Assembly: GCA_036149055.1 (NCBI GenBank)
Contig: JAYZQJ010000163.1
Span: 1-26,147, forward strand
Reading direction: 5' to 3'
Length of the DNA: 26,147 bases
From: Myxococcota bacterium
GTDB lineage: Bacteria > Myxococcota_A > Polyangia > Polyangiales > Sandaracinaceae
Shown here in pieces: positions 1 to 8,759 of the stretch. Both the position numbers and the translations under genes were made by a program. The notes under the pieces are model-generated. The model saw only the letters and a list, made by a program, of their open reading frames with translations, was not told where the DNA came from and made no database searches. How positions within the stretch are numbered: the first letter of the stretch is position 1; every line of letters starts with the position of its first letter.

Positions 1-267
1 TACCCCGAGGCGGCCTGGAAACACGAAAACTCGGCGATGGGCATCGGCGTGGCGCCGGCCTCACTTCCCTCGAGCAACATGCGCGAGATCTGGCCCCCAG
101 ACCTCAGCTGCCGCGAGCGGTAACACGATGCACAACAGAGTCTCCTCCTGCTCTGCGACCTGAGCGCGTCGCCCGTGGAGTGCTCCGAGCCACCCTACGA
201 CACCCCCGTATCCTGCGAGCAGCCCCTCGGAGAGCAAACGCGCCCCGAGCCGGATCGACTGCCGTGA
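1..267 (+). pseudogene. Possible degraded C-terminal fragment of an Rhs/polymorphic-toxin-like ORF, truncated by the window edge, with an internal TAA at 121-123
   Basis: Frame +1 reads YPEAAWKHENSAMGIGVA...DLSCRER*HDAQQSLLLLCD...P* with GC3-biased codons on both sides of the TAA. It loosely resembles the 'HNNxxGxxxA...SCxxxCxxAxxxxxL' tails seen on Rhs-tip domains. Recalled resemblance only. Confidence 0.2.
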
Positions 268-284
268 GGTCCGCGAGGTAAATG

Positions 285-422
285 CCCGGCGGCGATGTGC
301 GGGCGCAGCGTGCCTCGGGCCTCGAAGGTCTTCGCGCGCTTGTACGGCCAGACGCTCTTCGCGCGCGTCGGTCCCATGACCCTCCAGCCCCGGGCGCGCA
401 CCTCGACGCGGGCCTGCCGGAG
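285..422 (-). mobile_element. Fragment of a myxobacterial IS200/RAYT-like (HUH Y1) transposase C-terminal region
   Basis: Reads LRQARVEVRARGWRVMGPTRAKSVWPYKRAKTFEARGTLRPHIAAG directly after a TAG at 423-425. Resembles, from memory, the C-terminal segment of Polyangiales Y1 transposases (GxxxxGxxxxxxxxPxxRxxxxExxxxxxPxxAxG). No HUH motif is present, so this is a remnant at best. Confidence 0.4.
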
Positions 423-542
423 CTATTGCCGGGTGCACGCAAGTGGATCGCCCTCCGACGGCAGGTGGGGGGAGTCACCTTTGCTGGTCCGGGAGCTTCC
501 AACGGTGCTGGTGATGAAGCCGGCGAACGGATAGGATCTGGC

Positions 543-851
543 GTGTCCGATATAGCTCGAGCAGTTCGAATAGCTGCCACAATGGAGTGGAACGACCCTG
601 CTTCCCTATCGAACGCTGTCGCGGCTTCTGTTCCTGAACACGCGCGTGAGGGTTTCGTGGTTCTCGCTGACTTCAGCGGAGTGTGTCTCTTGGATCCGCG
701 GGGCGTGTTCCGCGCTTTCGGGCACGACGGTGGGAGTGAGTTGGAGCGGTTGGACCCTTCTATCTTACGAAGCGCTAGGCTTCGTCTCAGTGAGACACAC
801 CCCAAGCTGGCGCAGCTCTTGGTGGACTCAGGTCACCCTATGCCGGGGTGA
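543..851 (+). CDS. Hypothetical protein, ~102 aa, in a lower-GC patch (orphan, possibly immunity-like)
   Basis: GTG at 543 preceded by AGGA; reads VSDIARAV...FVVLADFSGVCLLDPRGVFRAFGHDG...HPKLAQLL. Many A/T third positions, unlike the rest of the window. The 282 start in the ORF track runs through the transposase fragment and is unlikely. Confidence 0.5.
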   Translation: MSDIARAVRIAATMEWNDPASLSNAVAASVPEHAREGFVVLADFSGVCLLDPRGVFRAFGHDGGSELERLDPSILRSARLRLSETHPKLAQLLVDSGHPMPG

Positions 852-896
852 TGCGTCCCCCGCGCGAGGAAGCGGTCAGCGGACGGTGGGAAGCGT

Positions 897-1115
897 CTAG
901 GCGAACACGTCGGCGAGGCTTCCCGCGGTCAGGATGCGCTCGGCCCAGTGATCCAGCTTTAGCTCCGAACCCGCTCGGACCCGCGCCACGGTCTCGGGGC
1001 CTGGCTCTCCGAACTCGAGGCGCAGGAGCTTCAGGAGGATGTCGATGCGTCCTTGGGCGCGTCCTTCGGTGCGACCCTCCTCACGCTTCTTGATCGCCAG
1101 CATCTCCGAGTTCAA
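897..1115 (-). CDS. Intact DUF4351-like C-terminal mini-protein (72 aa), RpnS-like
   Basis: TTG at 1115-1113 lies 6 nt downstream of a GGAGG Shine-Dalgarno (1126-1122); uninterrupted frame to TAG at 897. Confidence 0.5.
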   Translation of the reverse strand: MNSEMLAIKKREEGRTEGRAQGRIDILLKLLRLEFGEPGPETVARVRAGSELKLDHWAERILTAGSLADVFA

Positions 1116-1494
1116 TGACTTCCTCCCGTACGCGAGGGCTCGTTACCGCAGAGCCTCGGCGACGAGGTCCTGTTCGGGGCGGCTGATGATCGAAAGATGG
1201 CTGAAGAGGCTGGCCAACGCCTGCCTTCCATCGCCGGCCGTCATCACCTCGTCGAGGAGACCCGAGAGGTCGGCTAGGGCGCCCGAGCGCGAGAGCGGCG
1301 AACGCCCGCATCCCCGAGCCCGGAGCGCGCGCGGGTGGAGCTGACCCAGGTCGTCCAGGAGGTAGCGGAGGCGCGGGACGAGCGGGCCCATGGCCGCGCT
1401 GAGCGTCGGGCTCGTCCCGAGCGCTACGCCGAGGTCGAGCGGGACAGGGCTGGTGAAGAGGGCGTCGGCGAGCGAGCCCGGGGCTGAGCGTCAT
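897..1494 (-). pseudogene. Rpn/YhgA-like (recombination-promoting nuclease / putative transposase) pseudogene with DUF4351-type C-terminus
   Basis: Segments in shifting frames: (T)LSPGSLADALFT, LVPRLRYLLDDL...LRAR, TAA at 1143-1145, VREEV, then NSEMLAIKKREEGRTEGRAQGRIDILLKLLRLEFG...LDHWAERILTAGSLADVFA. These match Rpn motifs, including the EGRxEG repeat and the WxERxLxAxSLxxVF tail. Frameshifts, an internal stop and large deletions are evident. Confidence 0.75.
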
Positions 1495-1608
1495 CTCCCC
1501 AATGAGGGCGTGCGAATTGCCCACGTTGGGCAATCGCGCAAGTGTGTCCCAGGTCGAACCGGACCCACCGCGCCGTAGTCGCCGTACCGAGATGCAGCCA
1601 GTCGACCG

Positions 1609-2070
1609 ATGACGGAGCTCGACCTCCAGTTCCTGCGACGCGCCTTCTCGGGAGCGGGCTTCTCGCGCTTCAGCTTCGCGACGGGGTTCGTCCTGCACTT
1701 CTCCCCGACACCGGGAACGCCGTCGGAGATGTCCGAGGAGCTGCGGGTCGATCTGAGTTGCGACTGGATCCTGGGCGACGAAGCCGAGTGGGAGGAGATG
1801 GTTCGGTCGTTCCCCATCGCCAGCGTAGAGCCCTCCGAGCCCGTGCAGGCGGCTGCGTTGGCCGCGCTTCGATGGGGGCCGCGTTCTCACGTGGAGGAGC
1901 TCCGGTTCGTCGGGGCGGATCTTCACCTCCGTTTCGGCGACGGGCGCGTCCTGGCCACGCGAGTCGAGCCGTCCATGGACGGCCCGGCTTGGAGCGTCTC
2001 GGTCGTCGCCTCCGGCCGCGCGTGGAGCGTCGCGTCGGAGGCGGGTAGGTTGGAGGGGAGCTCGGGCTGA
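1609..2070 (+). CDS. Hypothetical protein, 153 aa
   Basis: Normal globular composition and GC3 bias; its stop overlaps the next start (TGATG at 2068-2072). Confidence 0.7.
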   Translation: MTELDLQFLRRAFSGAGFSRFSFATGFVLHFSPTPGTPSEMSEELRVDLSCDWILGDEAEWEEMVRSFPIASVEPSEPVQAAALAALRWGPRSHVEELRFVGADLHLRFGDGRVLATRVEPSMDGPAWSVSVVASGRAWSVASEAGRLEGSSG

Positions 2071-2498
2071 TGCGACCGCGGGAGGGGTTCGAGCTCGACT
2101 GGCTCGCCACCGACGAGCGTGGGGTCGTCGCGCTGTTCAGCACGGCGGGGGGAGGCTACGTGCCGCGTCAGGTCTTGTCGGTCGCGGAGGCGCATGACGC
2201 CGCGGTGGACGCCTTGCTCGAGGCCCCGCGCACGACCTCCGCCAGCTTCGCCGAGGCCGTCGCCCCGGGGCTGGAGAACCCGTGGGAGGCGGCCGCCGCC
2301 CGAGGGGTGTTCGTGTACGACTCGGACTTCTTCGGCGGTCCGTACCGGTTGGTGGCGGCGCCGCTCGTGCCCCGCCTCGTCACCGATGCCTCGGACCCGC
2401 TCGCGGCGTCCGCGATCCTGCTTCGTCTCACCGGGGTGCGCCTCGGCGACGACGCGGTCCTCGATGCCCAGGCGCTCGAGGCCGCCTGCAGGGAGTGA
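2070..2498 (+). CDS. Conserved hypothetical protein, 142 aa
   Basis: Motifs DWLATDERGVVALFSTAGGGYVP and WEAAAARGVFVYD...GPYRLVAAP resemble a recurring family of uncharacterised small proteins; translationally coupled to the upstream ORF. Confidence 0.75.
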   Translation: MRPREGFELDWLATDERGVVALFSTAGGGYVPRQVLSVAEAHDAAVDALLEAPRTTSASFAEAVAPGLENPWEAAAARGVFVYDSDFFGGPYRLVAAPLVPRLVTDASDPLAASAILLRLTGVRLGDDAVLDAQALEAACRE

Positions 2499-2521
2499 CC
2501 GAGCGGCGCAGCGCGGGTGGG

Positions 2522-3121
2522 TCAGAAGGAGGAGCCGGGCTCCTTCAGGAAGGCCTCCTCCTCGGGCGTCGACGCGCGGCCGAGGAGGGCGTTGCGATGA
2601 GGGAAGCGGCCGAAGCGGGCGACGATGTCGCGGTGGCGGACCGCCCAGGTGGGGTCGAAGGTCGAGGCGAGCTTCGGCGGGGCGGCGTCGCGCGCCTCTT
2701 CGAAGAGACGCACGCAGCGCTCCTGCGCCTCGAGGTCCTCGGCGTGCATGAACGGCATGTAGAGGAAGTAGCGCTCGTGGGTGGCCAGCGCGTCGTCGTC
2801 GCCGGCCGCGAGCGCCGCCTCGGCCACGGCGAGGGCTTCGGCGTCGTTCTCGAACATGCGCGCGGTGTCCCGGTGCAGGTTCCGGCTGAGCTGATCGAGG
2901 ACCACGATCGTGGCCAGCCGGCCCCGCGGCGTCTCTCTCCATTCGGGCCGCTCCCCCGCCGCCACCGCCTCGTGCAGGGCGCCGAAGCGCTCGCGGAGCA
3001 GGGCGTCGAAGTCCGGGTCCTTGCGGAACCAGCGCTGGCGGTGCGCGTCGTCGGCGCGGCCGTCTTCGTCGAGCTGCCCGAACCAGAGCTCGAGCACGTC
3101 TTCTGCGTCGGGGTGGGTCAC
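2522..3121 (-). CDS. DUF924 family protein, 199 aa
   Basis: GTG start at 3121. Motifs VLELWFG, WFRKDPDFD, LATIVVLDQLSRNLHR, FLYMPFMHAEDL and HRDIVARFGRFPHRNALLGRASTPEE are diagnostic. Confidence 0.93.
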   Translation of the reverse strand: MTHPDAEDVLELWFGQLDEDGRADDAHRQRWFRKDPDFDALLRERFGALHEAVAAGERPEWRETPRGRLATIVVLDQLSRNLHRDTARMFENDAEALAVAEAALAAGDDDALATHERYFLYMPFMHAEDLEAQERCVRLFEEARDAAPPKLASTFDPTWAVRHRDIVARFGRFPHRNALLGRASTPEEEAFLKEPGSSF

Positions 3122-3127
3122 GCCCGG

Positions 3128-3133
3128 AGCGTA
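3128..3133 (-). promoter_or_regulatory. Putative -10 box (TACGCT) 6 nt upstream of the DUF924 GTG; leaderless-type promoter
   Basis: TAnnnT-N6-start geometry with no Shine-Dalgarno. Confidence 0.4.
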
Positions 3134-3138
3134 CCGCG

Positions 3139-4335
3139 TCAGGGGCCGGGGGAGGGTGGGGGGCCGGTGGGCACGAGGTGGAGGACGCGCCAGCTCCGGA
3201 CGACCTCGTCGTCGAGCAGGATGTCGACGCGCGCCTCCTCCACCACCGCGTGGTGAAGGAATCCGTCCACCCGCTCCGCCGCGACCAGCTCGAAGCACAG
3301 CCGGCCGCCTCGGGGCACGGACCGGTAGCGCTCCCCGTCGACCGGCGGCAGCCCGCAGCCCTCCGGCGCGCGACCGCTCGCGAGCCAGCTGGAGTCCCGG
3401 CTCCCCTCGTGCCGGATCCAGCCCTCCATCGCGGCCCGCTCGGCCACGTGCTCGAGCGCGTGCAGGGGCGGCGTCGCGCCGAGCTCCGGGTGATGCGCGA
3501 ACCAGAGCACCTCGTCGGCGAGCGGCTCGTCCGAGGCGTCCAGGGGATCGGTGCCCGCCGCGACCTCGATCCCGTCGGGGGCCCCGTCGTCGTCGAGGTC
3601 GCGGTTCAGGCGGCCGCCCGGCGGCTCGTCCGCGTCGAGCACCGCGTCCTCGTCGCTGTCGACGTCGAGGAAGTCCGGCTGCCCGTCGAAGTCGCTGTCG
3701 ACCGGGCGGGTCGCGAGGTCCGCGTCGCCGGCCTCGACCGCGTCCGGTACCCCGTCACCGTCACTGTCGAGGTCCACCCGCGCGAGCGCGCCGTCGCGGT
3801 CGGCGTCGACCCCGAGCCCGTAGAGGTCTCGGTCGTCGACGTCGGCGATGGTGTCGCCGTCGGAGTCGAGGTCCCGGTGGTCCGGGGTCCCGTCGCCGTC
3901 CGTGTCCACCGGCGGCGACGCATCCGAGCCCTCCTCCCGATCGAGGTACCGATCGTCGTCGTCGTCGCGGTCGATCCAGTCGCCCCACCCGTCGCCGTCG
4001 AGATCACCGACGCCATCGACCTCGTCCGGCAGCCCGTTGTCGTCGCTGTCGAGGTCGAGGTAGTCCGGGGTCTCGTCATAGTCCGAGTCCGCCGGCGGAG
4101 TCCGCAGGTCGTCGTCGCCCGCCTCTCGCGCGTCGGGGATGCCGTCGCCGTCCGAGTCGTCGTCGAGGTAGTCGGGCACGCCGTCCCCGTCGCTGTCCCG
4201 GCCCTCGGAGATCCCCTCGGTGCGGTCCCGGATGCCGTCGCCGTCGGTGTCGTCCCAGGCCCCCGCGTCGCCGATGTCGACGGAGCGGCCGCCGCAGGCG
4301 GTCAGGAGCAGGAGCGCCAGCGTGATCGCGCGCAT
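3139..4335 (-). CDS. Acidic lipoprotein with thrombospondin-type-3-like DxDGDG calcium-binding repeats, 398 aa
   Basis: ATG at 4335 gives signal peptide MRAITLALLLLTAC (lipobox LTAC). Many D-x-D-G-D-G-x-P-D repeats, including a duplicated DSDGDGxPDAxEAGDxDLxTxPxDSD unit. Confidence 0.85.
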   Translation of the reverse strand: MRAITLALLLLTACGGRSVDIGDAGAWDDTDGDGIRDRTEGISEGRDSDGDGVPDYLDDDSDGDGIPDAREAGDDDLRTPPADSDYDETPDYLDLDSDDNGLPDEVDGVGDLDGDGWGDWIDRDDDDDRYLDREEGSDASPPVDTDGDGTPDHRDLDSDGDTIADVDDRDLYGLGVDADRDGALARVDLDSDGDGVPDAVEAGDADLATRPVDSDFDGQPDFLDVDSDEDAVLDADEPPGGRLNRDLDDDGAPDGIEVAAGTDPLDASDEPLADEVLWFAHHPELGATPPLHALEHVAERAAMEGWIRHEGSRDSSWLASGRAPEGCGLPPVDGERYRSVPRGGRLCFELVAAERVDGFLHHAVVEEARVDILLDDEVVRSWRVLHLVPTGPPPSPGP

Positions 4336-4377
4336 GCGGGTCCGAGGACCGGGCGACCGAAACTGGCTCACATTCGG

Positions 4378-5019
4378 TCAGCCCGGAGCGGCGTGCATGA
4401 TGCCCTGGAGGTTGAAGTCCAGGAGCACCCGGGAGAGGTGGTCGAGGTCGACCTCGTCCTCCTCGAGGACGCGCTGCACGAGCTGCTTCACCGAGCCGAG
4501 GATGAGCCAGGCGACCGGCTCGGTGTCGAGGGGGCGGATGAAGCCGATGCGCTGGCCGTTGGCGAGCGACATGCTCAGCCAGTCGTGGAGCTGGGAGTAG
4601 AAGCCGTGCAGCTTCTCGTCGACCGCCTCGTCGATGCCGACCGCCTCGCGCAGGACGAACTTCGCCAGCGCGGGGTCCTCGCGGAAGCTGCCGAGCACGC
4701 TGCGCACGGTGGCGAGGATCTGGTCGCGGACCGGCGGCGCGCCCGGCTCGAGGTCGACGCCGATCATGTTCTCGTGGATGCGCTCGAGCAGCAGGTCGAG
4801 CAGCTCGTGGAAGATGGCGTTCTTCGAGTCGAAGTAGAGGTAGAAGGTGCCGCGCGCGATCGACGCCTCCTCGATGATGTCGGCCACGCGGGTCTGGTGG
4901 TAGCCCTTGGCGCTGAACACGCGCAGCGCCGCGTCGAGCACGGTGCGTCGACGCCGCTTGCGCTTCTGGGCCGCCCGCAGGCTCCGGCCGTCGAGCTCCT
5001 CGGTGGCGGTGGCGCTCAT
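4378..5019 (-). CDS. TetR/AcrR family transcriptional regulator, 213 aa
   Basis: HTH motif VLDAALRVFSAKGYHQTRVADIIEEASIARGTFYLYFDSK; ATG overlaps the upstream TGA (ATGA, 5019-5016). Confidence 0.95.
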   Translation of the reverse strand: MSATATEELDGRSLRAAQKRKRRRRTVLDAALRVFSAKGYHQTRVADIIEEASIARGTFYLYFDSKNAIFHELLDLLLERIHENMIGVDLEPGAPPVRDQILATVRSVLGSFREDPALAKFVLREAVGIDEAVDEKLHGFYSQLHDWLSMSLANGQRIGFIRPLDTEPVAWLILGSVKQLVQRVLEEDEVDLDHLSRVLLDFNLQGIMHAAPG

Positions 5020-5894
5020 CGGCGGCCCTCCCAGTAGTCGTTCACCCGCCGCGCCACGGAGGCCTGCACCCGGTCGGCGAGGGCGGGGATCTCGTCGTCG
5101 GTCAGGCCCGCCGACTCCACCGGCTCGTCGCACCAGACGGTGATCTCCTGGCCGGGGCGCAGCACGTAGCTGCCGGGGCGCATGAGGTCGAAGGTGCCGG
5201 TGACCGCGACCGGCACGATCGGGATCCCGAGGTCGCGCGCGATGTAGAAGATGCCCTTGCGGAAGGGCTTCACGTAGCCGGTGCGGGTGCGGCTGCCCTC
5301 GGGGAACGCGAGGATGGAGCGGCCCTCGGCGACCTCGCGGCCGATCTTCTCGCGGAGGTCCTCGGTCTGGTTCTTGGCGCCCTTCTTCACCGGGATGGTG
5401 CCGCGCTTCTTCATGAACCAGCCGTAGAACGGGTAGTCGAAGTGGCTCTCCAGCTCGAGGCCCTGCTTGAAGTGCGGGGTCGCGTTGTAGAGCATCACGT
5501 GGTCGAGGTGGTTCGTGTGGTTCTGCGCGAAGATGTAGGGCCGGTCGGGGTCGACCTTCGGGTGCACGACCGCGCGCCACTTGCAGCCGGTCAAGGCGAT
5601 CTGCCCCTTGCAGTAGACGCGGCCGAGGAGGTTCACCCGGTGGCTCGGCACCACGCTGTAGACCGCGGTCATCGCGCCGAGGCTCGGGACCAGCCAGCTG
5701 AGGCCGGCGCCCCAGAGCGCGGTGGAGACGAGCTTCTCGCGCAGGGTCGGCGCCTCGAAGGAGATCGAGGGCGCGCGCTCCTCGGGCGGCACCTCCTGGC
5801 GAGACGCGCGCCGGGTCGCGCGCGGCTGCGTCTCCGTGGGCCCGGTGTCGGCGGGCCGGTCGGTGTTCTGCTCGATCGAACGCTGCTGCATCAT
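5016..5894 (-). CDS. PlsC-family lysophospholipid acyltransferase, 292 aa
   Basis: HX4D motif NHTNHLD, FPEGSRT, PFRKGIF, PIVPV; N-terminal hydrophobic segment; ATGA overlap with the kinase stop. Confidence 0.93.
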   Translation of the reverse strand: MMQQRSIEQNTDRPADTGPTETQPRATRRASRQEVPPEERAPSISFEAPTLREKLVSTALWGAGLSWLVPSLGAMTAVYSVVPSHRVNLLGRVYCKGQIALTGCKWRAVVHPKVDPDRPYIFAQNHTNHLDHVMLYNATPHFKQGLELESHFDYPFYGWFMKKRGTIPVKKGAKNQTEDLREKIGREVAEGRSILAFPEGSRTRTGYVKPFRKGIFYIARDLGIPIVPVAVTGTFDLMRPGSYVLRPGQEITVWCDEPVESAGLTDDEIPALADRVQASVARRVNDYWEGRR

Positions 5895-6781
5895 GCGACC
5901 ACCTCCAGAGCGCCGGGCAGGATCTCCAGGCGCTCGAGCTTCAGCTTCATCACCTCGCCGTCGACCATCGCGTCCACGGCCTCGTCGAGCGACAGCTCGA
6001 CCGCTCGCGCGCGGCCCTGCTCCACCTCGGGACGCCGCACGTGCGTGCCCTGGAAGATGGACGGGAAGGCCCGCACGAAGGGAAGGCGCCCCATCTGCCC
6101 GATGCGGATGACGTCGAAGGCGCCATCGGTCGCGTCGGCCTCGGGGGCCATCATCATGGTGCCGCCGGTGTAGCGGCTGTTGGAGAACGAGAGGAGCACG
6201 CAGGGCCGCGCGTCCTCTTCGCCGCCGTCGACCCGGAGCGGGAACGACGGGTGCTTCAGCCGCGCCGCCGTGAGCAGCACCGCCGCCACGTACCCGGCCG
6301 CGCCCAGCGGCTTGAAGCGGCGGTTCGTCAGCCCGCCCGCCTCGGCGCTGAAGCCGACGCTGAGCAGGTTGATGAAGTGCAGCTCGCCGTCGGCGTGCAC
6401 CGCGCGCACCACGTCGCAGCGCCGGGTGACGCCCCGCTCGAGCGCCGCGAGCGCGTGCTCCGCCTTCGTGATCCCGAAGTCGCGGAGGAAGGAGTTGCCG
6501 GTGCCGAGCGGCAGCATGCCGAGCGTCGGCCGGTCCTCCTCGTCGTGCGGGAAGAGGCCGTTGACGATCTCGAAGCTGGTGCCGTCGCCGCCCACCGCGA
6601 GGAACTTCCGCTGACCCTTCGCCCACGCGTCGCGGGCGCGCTCGGTCGCCTCGCCGGCGCGCGAGGTGTGATGGACCTCGAGGTCCATCCCCGCGCGGCG
6701 CAGGCGCTCGAGCGCCGCCGGAGCGCGCTTGCCGCAGCGCCCGCCGCCGGCCGCCGGGTTGACGAGGGTCAGCCAGGTCAC
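5891..6781 (-). CDS. Diacylglycerol/sphingosine kinase family lipid kinase (DagK/YegS-like), 296 aa
   Basis: VNPAAGGG, VGGDGT, LPLGTGNSF, SNSRYTGG, VDGE; GTGA overlap with the upstream ligase stop. Confidence 0.93.
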   Translation of the reverse strand: MTWLTLVNPAAGGGRCGKRAPAALERLRRAGMDLEVHHTSRAGEATERARDAWAKGQRKFLAVGGDGTSFEIVNGLFPHDEEDRPTLGMLPLGTGNSFLRDFGITKAEHALAALERGVTRRCDVVRAVHADGELHFINLLSVGFSAEAGGLTNRRFKPLGAAGYVAAVLLTAARLKHPSFPLRVDGGEEDARPCVLLSFSNSRYTGGTMMMAPEADATDGAFDVIRIGQMGRLPFVRAFPSIFQGTHVRRPEVEQGRARAVELSLDEAVDAMVDGEVMKLKLERLEILPGALEVVA

Positions 6782-8505
6782 GAGAGGCGCTCCTCCTCGG
6801 GGGCCGCGGCCCGGAGCGACTCCGCCAGCAGCTGCCGCTTCACCTTCATGCTCGCGGTGCGCGGGAACGCCTCGTCGACGAAGACCAGGCCGCGGATCCG
6901 CTTGTGCTCGGGGAGGCGCCGGTTCTTCGCCGCGAGCTGGGCGCGGATCTCGCCGTCGCTCGCCGGCTCGGTGCCGTTGCCCTTCTTGCGCCGGACGACC
7001 GCCACCAGGCGCTCGTGACCCAGCCGCGCCTGCTCGGGCCAGAGGAAGCCGGAGGCGAAGACCGCGAGCTCCTCGACGGGCAGCGCCTCGAACGCGCCCT
7101 CGATGTCCTCCGGGTAGACGTTCTTGCCGCCCTCGGTGACGATCATGTTCTTGCTGCGCCCGACCAGGTGGAGGTGGTGCGCCGCGTCCATCCAGCCGAG
7201 GTCGCCGGTGCGGAGCCAGCCGTCCTCGGTGATCGCCTCGGCGGTCAGCTCCGGGTCGTCGAGGTAGCCGGTCATCAGGGTGCGGCCGCGGATCCAGACC
7301 TCGCCGACGCCGTCCGCGCCGGGCTCGTGGATGCGCACCTGCACGCCGGGCACCGGGCGGCCGACGCTGTCGCCGCGGAACGGCTTCAGGTCGTTGACGG
7401 TGGCCACGGTGCAGCACTCGGTGAGCCCGTAGCCGATCACCACCGGGAGGCCGAGGCGGTAGAACAGCTCGGCGCGATCGCGGTCGACGAAGGCGCCGCC
7501 GCAGAAGAGCACCTCGAGCTCGCCCCCGAACGCCTCGTGGATCGGCGAGAGCAGCGCGCGGCTGAGCTTCGGGGTGGGCTGCTTCGTGGTGAGCATCTCG
7601 TTCAGCCCGCCGATCACGCCGACCATGCGGCGCGCCCACGCGGGCTGCTGGAGCAGGCGCTCCTCGATGCTGCGCTCGAACGCCTCGAGCACCATCGGCA
7701 CCAGCGCCATGTGGGTGACGCCGTAGCTCTGCATCGTCGACTGCAGGAACTCGGGGCGGAGCGAGCGCTGGTGCACCACGGTGGCGCCGCAGCTGAAGGG
7801 GCCGACGAAGCCGACCATGAAGTCGATCGCGTGGTTGGTGGGCAGGATGGAGAAGGTCCGGTGCCCGACCCGCATCGGGAAGAGCGCCATCAGCGCCTTC
7901 AGCTGCTCGAGGTAGGCCTCGTGGCTGAGGACGCAGCCCTTGGGCCGGCCGCCGGTGCCCGAGGAGTAGACGATCGTCGCGGCGTCCTCGCGCGCGCGGG
8001 CCACCGGCGCCGGGGTCTCGCCGTCCGCGTCGAGCGCGTCCCAGTCGGTGTGAGCGAAGGCGTACTCCCCCTTGGCCTCGGTCACGAGCGCCGCCTCGAC
8101 GTCGAGCGCGCCGAAGCGCCGCGCGAGCCCGTGCTCGGTGATCAGCGCCTTCGGGCGGCAGTGCGCCATCAGCGCCTCCTGCTCGTCCGCCGAGAGCTTG
8201 TAGTCGAGGGGCACGAGCACCGCGCCGCGGGCGAAGACCGCGCAGGCCGCGAGGAGCCACCGGCTCTGGTTGCTCATCACGATCGCGACGCGGTCGCCCG
8301 CGCCGACGCCGCGCGCGGCGAGCCAGCGGGTCACCCGATCCGCCTCGCGCTTGGCGTCGAGGTAGGTGAGCCGGCGCGACTCCTTCTTGCGGTCGACCTC
8401 GATCAGCGCCGTCTCCGTCTTGAAGGTGACGAGCGCGTCCGCCAGCAGCTCGCCGAGCGAGCCGTAGCGGGTGGGGTCGATCATCTCGGGGTGGGGCGTC
8501 GCCAT
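6778..8505 (-). CDS. Long-chain acyl-CoA/acyl-ACP synthetase (AMP-binding, FadD-like), copy 1, 575 aa
   Basis: YSSGTGGRPKG, GYGLTE, WLRTGDLG, GRSKNMIVTEGGKNVYPEDIE, PRTASMKV. Confidence 0.95.
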   Translation of the reverse strand: MATPHPEMIDPTRYGSLGELLADALVTFKTETALIEVDRKKESRRLTYLDAKREADRVTRWLAARGVGAGDRVAIVMSNQSRWLLAACAVFARGAVLVPLDYKLSADEQEALMAHCRPKALITEHGLARRFGALDVEAALVTEAKGEYAFAHTDWDALDADGETPAPVARAREDAATIVYSSGTGGRPKGCVLSHEAYLEQLKALMALFPMRVGHRTFSILPTNHAIDFMVGFVGPFSCGATVVHQRSLRPEFLQSTMQSYGVTHMALVPMVLEAFERSIEERLLQQPAWARRMVGVIGGLNEMLTTKQPTPKLSRALLSPIHEAFGGELEVLFCGGAFVDRDRAELFYRLGLPVVIGYGLTECCTVATVNDLKPFRGDSVGRPVPGVQVRIHEPGADGVGEVWIRGRTLMTGYLDDPELTAEAITEDGWLRTGDLGWMDAAHHLHLVGRSKNMIVTEGGKNVYPEDIEGAFEALPVEELAVFASGFLWPEQARLGHERLVAVVRRKKGNGTEPASDGEIRAQLAAKNRRLPEHKRIRGLVFVDEAFPRTASMKVKRQLLAESLRAAAPEEERLS

Positions 8506-8508
8506 GGC

Positions 8509-8751
8509 TCAGATCCGGCTGGCGACCACGTCGGCGAGCTCGGCGAAGGTGCGCACGTCCTGCACCTCGTAGTCGGGGATCTCGACCCCGAACTTCTCCT
8601 CGAGCGCGGTCAGGAGGCTGAGCGCCTGCATCGAGTCGATGTCGAGCGCGTCGAACATGTCGGCGCTCGCGTCGAGCTCCGCGCGCTCCTTGCGGAAGCG
8701 CTCGGCGGCGAGGGTGAGGAGCTGATCGAGGACACGGCTCTCGTCGGACAT
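8509..8751 (-). CDS. Acyl carrier protein, 80 aa
   Basis: Small acidic protein with phosphopantetheine site LDIDSMQALSLLTALEEKFGVEIPD. Confidence 0.93.
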   Translation of the reverse strand: MSDESRVLDQLLTLAAERFRKERAELDASADMFDALDIDSMQALSLLTALEEKFGVEIPDYEVQDVRTFAELADVVASRI

Positions 8752-8759
8752 CGGGGACC

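Noticed and set aside
2499..2521. Possible terminator or REP fragment between convergent genes
   Set aside because: Only a very short GC stem with no U-tract; indistinguishable from background at this GC content.
5891..6781. Sphingolipid pathway suggested by the sphingosine-kinase-like gene
   Set aside because: No serine palmitoyltransferase (AOS-family PLP enzyme) is in the window, and the kinase family alone does not specify the substrate.
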